A DNA stretch of 40,021 nt from Octopus bimaculoides (taxonomy: Eukaryota): NCBI RefSeq assembly GCF_001194135.2, contig NC_068988.1, forward strand, positions 65,837,493 through 65,877,513, in the 5' to 3' direction. The first letter of the stretch is position 1; each line of letters starts with the position of its first letter. This document shows positions 12,463-23,987 of this stretch, in pieces. A program made the position numbers and the translations under genes. The notes beneath the pieces were generated by a model. It had not been told where the DNA came from, did no database searches, and saw nothing but the letters and a program-made list of their open reading frames with translations.

Positions 12463-12997
12463 ATGCGGACTCTCAGGTCCCCAGTAGGTGCAATTGTGGC
12501 GGTTAATTGAACCATTTAGTCTGAATGTCGCCTCACCACTCAAACACAATTTTTGTTGGAAAGTGTGCATCTCCTAACATCATACCAAGTAGCATTCGCA
12601 ATACTGCACTCTTCGGTCTGGATCATCGTCACTAACAGCATGAACTAATCTTGAAACGTAACTCTTCCATTTACAACGCTTCAAAATGCATTGGACAGAT
12701 GATTTTGAAATGACTACCTCACGACTCGCTTGCCGCAAAGATTTTCTTGGGCTTTGGTGATACGTTTCCAGCACTTCTTGCTTTGTAGGGGTTGTCGATG
12801 TTCGTGGACGCTTTCGGAACGCTTCCTGTGGACATTCTGAACAGTTCCATCGACTTCAAACATCTCTAATTCGATGTTGATGGATCCGTTTGAAACTCCC
12901 TCCTAAACTGTCTTTGCACTTCAACCAGGTTTTCACACTTCCAGTAACATTTTAGAATGATTTTCCTTTGTTCAAAGCTTAGTCTATTTGCCTTCAT
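12463..12997 (-). mobile_element. 5' half of a Tc1/mariner-superfamily transposase pseudogene (DUF4817-type HTH)
   Basis: MKANRLSFEQRKIILKCYWKCENLVEVQRQFRREF, then [59 protein letters not shown], and [26 protein letters not shown]. It is frameshifted and truncated after the first catalytic-D motif. Confidence 0.88.
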
Positions 12998-13032
12998 TAC
13001 TTCCAGTGGGTTTCATCTGGAATTAAAAAACA

Positions 13033-13075
13033 TCGAGTTATCAGCTGCTAAAGTGTGTATACATTTTTGTGTGTG
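13033..13075 (-). repeat. Probable left terminal inverted repeat of the Tc1/mariner element
   Basis: Minus strand reads CACACAAAAATGTATACACACTTTAGCAGCTGATAACTC just upstream of the transposase ATG and abuts a TA-rich microsatellite. The partner TIR is absent. Confidence 0.45.
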
Positions 13076-13082
13076 TATATAC

Positions 13083-13116
<34 letters not shown>

Positions 13117-13224
13117 NNNNNNNNNNNNNNNNNNNNNNNNNNNNNNNNNNNNNNNNNNNNNNNNNNNNNNNNNNNNNNNNNNNNNNNNNNNNNNNNNNNN
13201 NNNNNNNNNNNNNNNNNNNNNNNN

Positions 13225-13281
<57 letters not shown>
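13225..13281. repeat. (TG)n microsatellite
   Basis: Direct reading. Confidence 0.97.
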
Positions 13282-13289
<8 letters not shown>

Positions 13290-13462
13290 GAGTGCGCATA
13301 TATGTGAGTGCGTTGAGAAGGGCAGATAAATTCAGGTAGACTCAAAGCGTGTATCTACATGTATACTTTTTAAGACACCATAACGACTGTCTGTGCTTAT
13401 ATACCTTTCTTCTTCTATAACAGCCCCATAGGAATTGTTCTTATAGCTCTTATAGCTAATGT

Positions 13463-13510
13463 GTGATGCTGAGGCGATAGTCTTTAAGTTCTCAAACATT
13501 GTAGCATCAC
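13463..13510 (+). ncRNA. Hammerhead ribozyme relic with damaged core
   Basis: A perfect 7-bp stem I (GUGAUGC/GCAUCAC) encloses UGAGGC-GA...UC-AA-ACAUUGU-A. C3 and G12 are missing and A9 is changed to C. Confidence 0.45.
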
Positions 13511-14090
13511 TCTACATTGTCTATATTGCGCTTATTTTGTATTCACCTACACACATCCATACAGAAACACAAACACGCACACTCTAACACAGATACACAC
13601 ACACGCACACGCACACGCACAGGTGCACACACACACACACATATACGCATAACACACACACACATGCATACATATATACAACAACAACATACTCCATATT
13701 TATATGAACGCGCATACACAATTCATTAATGTTTCTATGATATTGCAAAGTTAGGGTTACTGTCTTTACTGAGATACTATATCACATAAAGTGACATGCC
13801 GTGTTATAAATGCGAACATTAAATACTATCTGATAAATATTGCACTTATTACTTAATCGACGGAATAAATAAATACTTCAGTTGATGAGATTAATCCAAT
13901 GATGTAAATCAGAATAATTTAAAATCGAAGTATGTTTAAAGTGCCTTTACACAGTTACAACAATGCCATCAATATGTAAATGACTTTAGCCTCTTGTAAC
14001 CCAGATGTTACCACCACAGTTAATCAAAGTGTGACGAAGATTAAAGATTCTTAGTCCCAGAAGAACTTCACTTTCATAAAGAAGACCATT

Positions 14091-14306
14091 CTACAATAGG
14101 CACAAGGCCTGAAATTTGTTTGGTGGTGGGGAGAGATAATCGATTACATCGATTCCAGCGCTCAACTGGTAATTGTTTCGTCGATCTCCAAATGATGAAA
14201 AGCAAAGCTGATCTTGGCAAAATTTGAACTCAGAATATAAAAACGGATGAGTATACCGCTAAGCATTTTGTCCGGTATGCTAACGATTATTTTACCTCTT
14301 CGCCTT
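14091..14306 (-). mobile_element. SINE family 1 copy
   Basis: Reverse complement resembles 16678-16910 (ttctgagttcaaatt, aatgcttagcggtat, accagttgagc, ggccttgtgcc). Confidence 0.8.
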
Positions 14307-14340
14307 AATACTTTTAACCATAATATATATCATATACAAT

Positions 14341-14495
14341 AAATCGTTAGAGTGTTGGTTAAAATGTCTTGCAATACATAATCACGATCCTTTACGTTTT
14401 GAGTTCAAATCTTGCGAAGGTCAGTTTTCCTTTTCAACTTCCCGATGTCAATACAATAAAGTACCAGTGAAATACTGGTGTCGATTAAGTCGATT
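14341..14495 (+). mobile_element. Degenerate SINE family 1 copy
   Basis: tttacgttttgagttcaaatcttgcgaaggtc...aaagtaccagt...ctggtgtcgat. Confidence 0.7.
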
Positions 14496-14802
14496 ATATC
14501 AGATTCCTAAATGTCAGTCACTCTGTTCATGTTAGAAATTAACATTTAGTCATCCGTAAACTCTGTCTTAAACCAGTTGATATATTTTGCATCATCTGTC
14601 TTTATGTGATAATTTTCCATTATATGTTCACTTTACACATTCGGAAATCCTTATCGGAGACATGAGATTATGTACATGAACTAAAAACAGTAGATTTGTC
14701 TGCTCTGCTTCTTTAGTACTATACACCGTACGTACCCTGATTTAACTCTACTATATCGCGATTGAGTAAGTTAAGTGCCGTCAATAATGTTGCAGTCGTG
14801 AG

Positions 14803-14857
14803 GACAATGTTTCGACTTACAGGATAAATGCCATCTTCCGATCTCAAGTCTCAGGAG
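14803..14857 (-). ncRNA. Possible hammerhead relic
   Basis: Minus strand reads CUCCUGA-GACUUG...UAAGUC-GAA-ACAUUGU-C. Stem II is 6 bp and helix III matches the 13.5k relic. The core is damaged and stem I is absent. Confidence 0.33.
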
Positions 14858-14899
14858 GCCAGGAGAAAAGTCTATGAATGTTGTGCTTCCTCATCTTAC

Positions 14900-15105
14900 T
14901 AAATAGGTTTCAAATTTTGGCCAGCAGTTTCAGTGATGGGGTCACGTCGATTACATTGAAACTAGTGCTCAACTGGTACTTATTTTATCGACCCCAAAAG
15001 AGGTGAAAATCGACCCCAGTGGAATTTGAAATTAGAACGTGCAGACGGGCGAAATGTCTAAGCATTTTTGCTCGGCATGCTAATGATTCTGCCGGCTCGT
15101 TGCTT
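14900..15105 (-). mobile_element. SINE family 1 copy
   Basis: caactggtacttattttatcgacccc...ggaatttgaa...ctaagcattt...gattctgccggctcg is the reverse complement of the family body and head. Confidence 0.8.
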
Positions 15106-15628
15106 GGCATTCTTATAAAATATAGATAAAAAGCATAAGGATTGAAAAGTAACCTGAAGTCGCCGAACGTCGCCAGGGTAGATCAAACTCACCTTATTTC
15201 ATACAATCAAATTGCTTCTCTCCAGCGAATGGAATTGGGAGAAGATTGAAATAATATTTGGCTATAACTGGTATGGCAGAATAGTAAGCAGGCTGCACTA
15301 TTATACTTATAAAACATTTAAAACGCATAGTTCCAACATTCGTTAATCTATTCTCTATCATTACATTAGCTAAACGACGATGAAATTTATATTAAGGATG
15401 TGTTAAGTCTCAAAGGGCCTTAAATGCGTAGTAGGTTTATATATGACATGGACATATGACATGGACATATGACAATTTTAATTAAAACTGCGCCACGCGG
15501 ATTGGGAATATTCGAGTGAAACCAAGAGCAAATTAGGATATTAAGACAGGTGCTTTCGTTGCTGATTTCCGGGTTTATATTTAATGACGTAAATCAGAAG
15601 AGATTATATGTAATATATGTGTGTGTGT

Positions 15629-15802
<174 letters not shown>

Positions 15803-16677
15803 ATACAAATAATATGTGAATATATGCATATATACGTACATGTGTGTACATACCTACATCTACATGTATATATAGATGCATATCTGGGTACAGGNNNNNN
15901 NNNNNNNNNNNNNNNNNNNNNNNNNNNNNNNNNNNNNNNNNNNNNNNNNNNNNNNNNNNNNNNNNNNNNNNNNNNNNNNNNNNNNNNNNNNNNNNNNNNN
16001 NNNNNNNNNNNNNNNNNNNNNNNNNNNNNNNNNNNNNNNNNNNNNNNNNNNNNNNNNNNNNNNNNNNNNNNNNNNNNNNNNNNNNNNNNNNNNNNNNNNN
16101 NNNNNNNNNNNNNNNNNNNNNNNNNNNNNNNNNNNNNNNNNNNNNNNNNNNNNNNNNNNNNNNNNNNNNNNNNNNNNNNNNNNNNNNNNNNNNNNNNNNN
16201 NNNNNNNNNNNNNNNNNNNNNNNNNNNNNNNNNNNNNNNNNNNNNNNNNNNNNNNNNNNNNNNNNNNNNNNNNNNNNNNNNNNNNNNNNNNNNNNNNNNN
16301 NNNNNNNNNNNNNNNNNNNNNNNNNNNNNNNNNNNNNNNNNNNNNNNNNNNNNNNNNNNNNNNNNNNNNNNNNNNNNNNNNNNNNNNNNNNNNNNNNNNN
16401 NNNNNNNNNNNNNNNNNNNNNNNNNNNNNNNNNNNNNNNNNNNNNNNNNNNNNNNNNNNNNNNNNNNNNNNNNNNNNNNNNNNNNNNNNNNNNNNNNNNN
16501 NNNNNNNNNNNNNNNNNNNNNNNNNNNNNNNNNNNNNNNNNNNNGAATTATTCCTTCATTAGCTGCCTCTATTCTAAAACTAGGCGTTTCGAAGATATAT
16601 CCATACATACACACATACACACATACACACACTTGGGATGAGTACCAAGACCTCCATGCGGTACACTGGAACAATTA

Positions 16678-16910
16678 ACGGTGGCGAGCTGGCAGAAACG
16701 TTAGCACGCCGGGCGAAATGCTTAGCGGTATTTCGTCTGCCGCTACGTTCTGAGTTCAAATTCTGCCGAGGTCGACTTTGCCTTTCATCCTTTCGGGGTC
16801 GATTAAATAAGTACCAGTTACGCACTGGGGTCGATATAATCGACTCAATCCGTTTGTCTGTCCTTATTTGTCCCCTCTGTGTGTAGCCCCTTGTGGGTAG
16901 TAAAGAAATA
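16678..16910 (+). mobile_element. Full-length young SINE family 1 copy with a perfect 15-bp target-site duplication
   Basis: The head has a B-box-like gagttcaaattc and the central motif gtcgactttgcctttcatcctttcggggtcgattaaataagtaccag. TSD ACACTGGAACAATTA lies at 16663-16677 and 16911-16925. Confidence 0.92.
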
Positions 16911-17497
16911 ACACTGGAACAATTATGAAGTTCTCATCATATGAAACTATTCGTTGCATTGTTAACCCACAAATAATATACACATTTTCGCACACCTTTA
17001 TAATTTAGTCCGGTAAGTAGGTCTAGGAATCTAGCAATAAGTACCAGTTTTCCATTAATCCACACCCTGCCACTGAGAAATATACGGGATAGCAAGGTAA
17101 AAAAAAAATTTAAAAAAAACAGCCACAGCCTTAACCACGACAACCACGACAGTAAAGTATTCAAACGAGAGTTGAATCCAGCATATAATTTCAGCTTACA
17201 TTTCTATGTCATGATATTTGTAGTTCATTTCGTATACAATTACGAGTAAGATACGAACAAGTGCCATACAGGTATCTTTATTTTCGCTATTAAAATCTAA
17301 ACAAGAAAATTCAAAAGATTTTGCAACGATTTACTCGTCTATTCATTAGTTTTATGAATGAGATGTAATAGCTTCAGACACTTTCACAATTCAATACAAC
17401 CATGTTAGAAATAAAAAGAAAAAAAGACTTCTAAAAGTTATTTGAAGTGAATAAACTTCAAATATAAAGGTGTTTGTGNNNNNNNNNNATATATATA

Positions 17498-17569
17498 AAA
17501 ATAAGCAACAAGGATATCCAGAGGAAATGCAGTACTACATTACCTCTGGATATCCTTGTTGCTTATTTT
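17498..17569. repeat. Near-perfect hairpin with 27-bp arms
   Basis: aaaataagcaacaaggatatccagagg (17498-17524) is the exact reverse complement of 17543-17569. The 18-nt spacer pairs further (aatg/catt). Confidence 0.95.
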
Positions 17570-17683
17570 GATTTTAATCACCTTACTTTGAAATTGTATG
17601 GATAAAACCGCACTAAATTCTGGTGCCTCAACTTAAGTAACATATTCATTTGAATCTCTCTCTCTCCCCTCCATCTCTCTCTC

Positions 17684-17732
<49 letters not shown>

Positions 17733-19152
17733 ATATATATATATATACCATTATATATAATTATATATGTGTGTGCATATGTATCTATATGCGTACAGAG
17801 TGATGTGTACTAACCATGTACACACACAGACGAGCGCACACAAACAGACATAAACACGCACGCACACAAACACACACTCACACAAACATATATCTCTGTC
17901 TGTATTATAACTAGAGAGGTGTATATATTATTGAACTAAGAGAAACAACTTAGAATGGCCGGTGGCGTGCATTTGAGCAAGAAAAGTACAGGTCTTGTAA
18001 AATACCGTACAAGATCATTTCTTCGACGTACAGAAATTACAGTCGCTGCGAGGGAAAGTAAACAGACACCTATTAGGAATTGGGAACAAGAAAGGGAGAT
18101 AATCTGAAGCTTTAAGTTACACACATGCACAACCATAGAAACACACGCACAATACAGACATACATGTAAAGGCGTGGAATAAGAAAATAGTCTATATGTA
18201 TATACACACATATACTTGCTTCAGATATATAGTTTGCTTAGGTAAAAGTATTTTGCCATAGGCAAATCCAAAACTAGAGAGAACCAGCTAAACTTAACAG
18301 TGTTCAGTACAATTCGTCTTTTAAGAATAATGATTGGTTCAAAACGAAAGTGGAATGAAAAAGGACAATGCACAAAAATAAAATAAAATAGAATGAAATA
18401 AAATAGAAAGTATAAAGAAAGAGTAAGAGAAGTAAAATGTGAAAGAAAGAATATTAACTTTTACGTTCTTGCAAGTTCTGAACCATTTTCTATTGGTTCT
18501 ATTTACTTTTTCTTCATGATATGTTTAGCATTCTCGTTTCATTACATTCATCAAAGTACATTATAGAATAATGTTTGCTTGTATGCATGCATAATGTCTG
18601 TTAAATGTATTGAAATGCGCATCGTTATGTTGCGGTTCTTGACGACGGTGAAAAGCAGAAACGCTTGAGCGTTAACTTTAATTATGTTTGGTATTTATCT
18701 ATATCTCTTTACATTTTGAGATCAGTTCCAAGAGGAGCTGAGTTTACTTTGTATACGCTGGATGACAGATGCATTCTGCTACTTAGTTTAACATCACTAC
18801 ATTCCTAATAGGAGCTTCTGGCAGAATCCTTTCTGTAGCAATCATTTATACAAACCATTCAGTCATCCACTATATATAGCATATCAGTGAATCTCCACAA
18901 CTCTGCATATCTGTTTTTCAGATTGTTCCAATCCAAATACGTTAGTGAACATTTCAGATGACGGAGCCTACGCTCTTCTAATAGTTCAGGTGCATCTACC
19001 AATAAACTGTCCAAATTGTGTACACCAACAGTTTATTTCGTGTGTGTTCTATGTGCATTGCACCAATTCTTTCACTCATACTTCCGCTTTCATTCCAGTT
19101 GCCTCTCATTGAGTAAGTAAACATCTCTCGTTAAGTGTTTTTTCCTTAAGAA

Positions 19153-19274
19153 ACATATGTTTCGTTAAGTGTTTTTTACTGCAACGTAAGCATAGTACAG
19201 TCAGGTACTCAGTATTTTAAACATTCAAAATATTACATAATAGGTTACATGACTCACAGCTCATCAGGCTAAAC
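19153..19274 (-). ncRNA. Hammerhead ribozyme (long stem II class), truncated at the cleavage site
   Basis: GUUUAGC-CUGAUGA-[97-nt stem II, partly decayed]-GAA-ACAUAUGU. The core is intact but the 3' strand of stem I is missing. Confidence 0.7.
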
Positions 19275-19973
19275 AAAATAAACAAGCAAATAATGACATG
19301 TAGTTTAATCCACGGTTCATTAACAAGGGAAATTTCTAATCAAAATCTTAGAATAATTCTGATTGTCATTGCGTTACTTAGCCTGTCGGTAATGCTTTCA
19401 AGTGATTAGAGAAAAAGTGAGAAACAGGAAAGAGGAAGAGAGAAAAAAAGGAGAGAGTGAGAGTGAGAGAAAGAAAAAGAGTGAGAGAACAAGAGGGAGA
19501 GAAAAGCATCCATGATATGAGGTAGAAAGAATGTAATTGTAACTCTTTCACGTGATTAGTTGAAGGGAAATAGAGGAGAAGGAAAAAGAAAAAGAGGATA
19601 AGGCGAAGAGTGCGACAGAAAGGGGGAGAAAGAAAAGAGAAAGATAGAAAGACGGAAAGGTAAAAAAGTGAGAAGCACCCGTGACATGAGGTGGGAAGAA
19701 CGTAATAATTTTAACAGAGACGTGATATTCTGATGGTGAAGTTAAAGAAAGGTAGAGAGAATGAGAGGTGAGAGAGAGAAAGAGGAGGGAGAGAAAGAGG
19801 AGAGAGTGAGAGAAGTGCAGAGAGAGATGATGATGGTGGTAGTAGTGGTGGAGAAGGACTTGGTGTTGCTGGTGCAGATACAGCTGTTGGTGATGGAGGT
19901 GGTTGTGATGTAGGTGGAGGTGATTGTGATGTAGGTGGAGGTGGTGACTGGATAGTGAAAAGTGTATTTTTTA
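19153..19973 (-). mobile_element. ~0.82-kb HHR-terminated repeat element, copy 1
   Basis: Colinear with 31857-32626 in the same orientation (roughly 85-90% identical by eye). It has a low-complexity CT/CAC-rich body and a hammerhead at its 3' (minus-strand) end. Confidence 0.85.
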
Positions 19974-20496
19974 AGCTTCATTATTTAAGCTTCATTCATC
20001 AAGTCCTCATTAAATATCCTTACTTTCTGTGAATTTCATTGGATCCAAGAGGGTGGGATGTTTCTGCGTTTCCTTTTGTTCTGGCGGAGAGGGAACCTCC
20101 TTTTTTCTATTCTTGATACTGTCTCTTAGGGCTGATTTTACTTTTGCGTGTATTCAAGCCTTTCCAACTTTCCACTGTCCCATGTTCGCATTCCATACTC
20201 TTCATAATTTCGTAAAATAACAACATAGCACTTCTGGTTGTGACCGAAGAAAGGGAACTTCATCGATGACTTTTCGAGTTTTCTCATTGTTGCTCCGTGA
20301 GGTTCAACTATTACTGTTAGATGATCAGCAGCAACCATGCCCTATTATTATCACTGATTATTCTATTGCTGTCTACCGCTATTCACTGTTCTCTTTTTCT
20401 TCTTGTGAAGTTACACGAATCAGAATCTTTCAAGTAGCTCATATTATTACAAGTGCAGCGGTTTCATTTTCTGCAATACTCATTGCTTTTACTTCC

Positions 20497-20813
20497 CAGA
20501 CCGGGCTTTGTGAGTGTTTATTGAGCGAAAACACCTAAAGATCCACGAGGCTCCGGCAGGGGATTGTGGCGAACCCTGCTGTACTCTTTCACCACAACTT
20601 TCTCTCACTCTTACTTCCTGTTTCTATTGTACCTGTAATTCAAAGGGTCAGCCTTGTCACACTGTGTCACGCTGAATATCCCCGAGACCAACGCTAAGGG
20701 TACACGTATCTGTGGAGTGCTCAGCCAATTGCACGTTAATTTCACGAGCAGGCTGTTCCGTTGATCGGATCAACTGGAATCCTCGACGTCGTAAGCGACA
20801 GAGCGCCAACAAC
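20497..20813 (+). mobile_element. SINE family 2 copy, 5'-truncated, tail type A
   Basis: Shares ~120 nt (gagcgaaa-cac...ccacg.ggctccggcag...ggcgaac..ctgctg.actc.ttcaccacaactttctctcactct) with 30613-30734. Ends in a caacaac tail. Confidence 0.75.
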
Positions 20814-21584
20814 GACCATGGAGCATTTCTCTGAACTGTTTTTTTTTTAAACAGTAGGGATGTAATTAGGCTCATCTTAACAGTATCATAATTCTCCACG
20901 AGAAAGCAAAGCACGGTAACTCATAAATTTATTCATTGTCCGCAAGGTACAGCAAATATATTGATTAGTATTGGGCCTCTAGGTACAAGAGACCTCAGTT
21001 GCTAGTGTGTCCTTGTTTTATGACAGTACTGTATGGAAGTTCCTACCACCCGGGGCCTACAACAACTCATTTTCGTGTCTTCTTTTCGCATAGCATTCCC
21101 ATATTATTTACAAAGATGACAATGAATTATTAAAGTCAGTAAAAGTGTCAGTGTCTCTTGACAGTGGCACTTGCCATGTATTGCAGTATAACACAAGTAT
21201 AACTTGTGAGTTATACTGCACTATCTGTGCTCGTTACCTTGCCACATCCTTCGTATGATTTGCACTAGTTTCTGGATGTATCACACAGGATAGAATTTCT
21301 CCCACTGACTCTTTCAAGAGCGCACTGGATGAATAAGAGCCTGCTTCCTCGTGGGGCAGGTGTATATCACATACCTCCTGAGCAATCCTTAGATCAGTTC
21401 AACAGGCAAACAGACATAGCGTTTTGTGTCAAGTCATTCTTACGTCCCTTCCCTATTTGACAAGATTTTATCTAAATCTCAAAATTTTCGTTGACTATTA
21501 ACATTTGCATTCGGCATAAGTGTTTGTGCATGTGCCTGTGCATGTGTATGTGTATGTGTGTGTGTGAGAGAGAGAGAGTGGAGC

Positions 21585-21660
21585 GAAGCGGAAACAGAGA
21601 TTGAAGCGGAAACAGAGATTGAAGCGGAAAGAGAGAGTGAAACGGAAAGAGAGAGAGAGA
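21585..21660. repeat. Short 18-bp tandem repeat GAAGCGGAAACAGAGATT decaying into (GA)n
   Basis: Two exact units plus variant units. Confidence 0.8.
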
Positions 21661-22437
21661 GGTAGAGTGATACTTTGACTGTTGTTTTACTCTTTAGCTC
21701 CCAATTTTTAAGTCTCAAACATTTTCTGCTATAGAGTCATTATTTCTTTCTCCTCCGTATGTATGTGACTGTTGGGAGTCAGTAACCCAAGGGAGTTAAA
21801 ATTACCCCACTTTTCTACAACCAATTGTACTGGAAAAGGAGTGTTAACATAGACTCGTGCATCGCATTGTAACATTTTAACTTATTTTATAGTTTTGGAT
21901 GCTTAGGTACAGCAAATAGATTAGCGTTTGAATAAGAATATCTGTTTTCCTGCAGGAATGATGACGAAATATTTCTGCCACAATCTTTGCCATGTCAATA
22001 ATAGCGGGTCGTATTCTTCTGTATCAAATATGACCCTGGAATAACATTGTATCAGGTGAGCCGAGCTCATTGCATTTGTAGTTTTCTGAATCCTCCATTT
22101 ATTGCTGAAGTATATAATCAATAAATACTCAAAGAAGAATAGAACGTGTAAAAAGACAGTATCATTGCATAGAGACTGCATATTAAATCTATATTATTGC
22201 ACAGAAACTATGCATAAAAAGTATACTATTGCACAGGAACGAAAGGAAAATATTATTATTACATAGGAAGTGTATATAGAGGCAACCGAATTGCATTGCA
22301 TTAAAAATAAAATCTGAAATGAAATATTGGGTAACGGGAAGAACGTGCCGTTATGTTTAAGATTAACAAAAACTCAATGATACAGAAATACGAACGAGAG
22401 AAACTATATATAATAAAATATGATATAATACGATATA

Positions 22438-22474
<37 letters not shown>

Positions 22475-23638
22475 CATACATTTATATGTATATATACATA
22501 TACATACACACAAACACACACATATGTATGTATGTATGTATGGATGTATGTATGTATGTATGTATGTATGCATGTACGTATGTATGTTATTCGAAATAAT
22601 GAGCATTCCAGAAATAAGGAACAATTGAAACTGAAAGATAATGAAGCAAACATACGTTAAGACATGCTAATATAATGATCTAAGGAAATCATTTTCGGTC
22701 GAAATATTTTACTTACAGTAACGTTGCGGTTATTATATCAGGAAAGCTAATTAAAGATGTCCATACTTACACAAAATTTTAGTGTTGGACACCCATAGTG
22801 ACCAATTAAATAGAAACTGGAAATATGTATTAGCGCACTTGGTACCATACATAGGAAGTTTTAATATAATGAAATATTCGTCTACGTTGAAAAAAGAAAG
22901 CAGCAAATAGCTAGCGGCACTTGCTAGCGACTAACAAAGAAAAAAAAATAGAAGATAATTTCAAGCAGTTAATAAGTAGTTGATATAGTTAATTTACATG
23001 CTTATAGAATTTGTGCATTAATATTTGATAAGACATGTAATTGAAGATGATAAGGTGTGTAATAGTAGATGGTAATTTGTGTCATAGAAACTGGAAATTT
23101 TGCCTTAGAATATGATAGATATCGAATAGAAGGTAGTATGTGTGCAATAATATATGGTGTGTGTGCAACAGAAAATAATAATATGTGGAATAGAGGCTGG
23201 AAGATATGCAAAAGACGATGTTGAATGTAATTATTTTGTTACGTTATTTTATCACAGTTCCGTGGTGAAAGGATAAATATGTACTTCAGACCGGTGAGTA
23301 TGCCTGAACACGGTGACACAAACGACATAGCTTTACGTCACCCGATGGTTAGGTTCTGGTGTTAAACAATTTGAGAAATTAGATTCACTAGTCAATTAGA
23401 CCCTGTTATACGCACCTATATAATACCAAAGACATGCTGTTTATCACCGAGATTGAACAGCTTAGATCTGTAAATTTTCTAATCATTTCCGTATACTGAA
23501 AATTTTGAAACAGGGAAGGAAGTAATAAGTCCAGAATTAAATTCTATAGGAATAACACACACCCACTCATGCATACACATGTACACACCTATATATGTAT
23601 ATGTGTGCATATAGATGTGTGTTTGTGTGTATGTATGA

Positions 23639-23683
<45 letters not shown>

Positions 23684-23945
23684 CATATACATAAATACAC
23701 ATACTTATAATGCCCATAAACTATCAGATGTACACAGGATTACACGCAAAAAAGTGTTAAAAACAAAACAAAAAAAAATAGAAGTTGACTTATATCGGCT
23801 AACTTATAAACGAAAATGCAAAACTGAACGAAAACATGATTGTTTTACGAGCTGGGCAATAAAATAATGCCAGCAATACATGGAAGCAAATAATATTGTA
23901 TCCTATGGCCCTGAGGAGAAACAAGTTATCAAATGACCTGTCGAC

Positions 23946-23987
<42 letters not shown>

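Noticed and set aside
14540-14700. Minus-strand KTDDAKYINWFKTEF, superficially RT-like
   Set aside because: Short, with no supporting motifs.
18740-19000. Minus-strand RFTDMLYIVDD*MVCIND, resembling a PLE RT YIDD motif
   Set aside because: Flanking motifs could not be aligned convincingly; it needs a tBLASTn/HMM test.
21245-21278. Permuted hammerhead-like CAUCC-A-GAAACUAGU...ACGA-A-GGAUG
   Set aside because: G at the cleavage position, two core mismatches and no stem I.
23258-23293. 36-nt candidate exon with a good acceptor and GTGAGT donor
   Set aside because: It is open only in phase 0, which is incompatible with the phase-1 NPR donor, and the peptide is not NPR-like.
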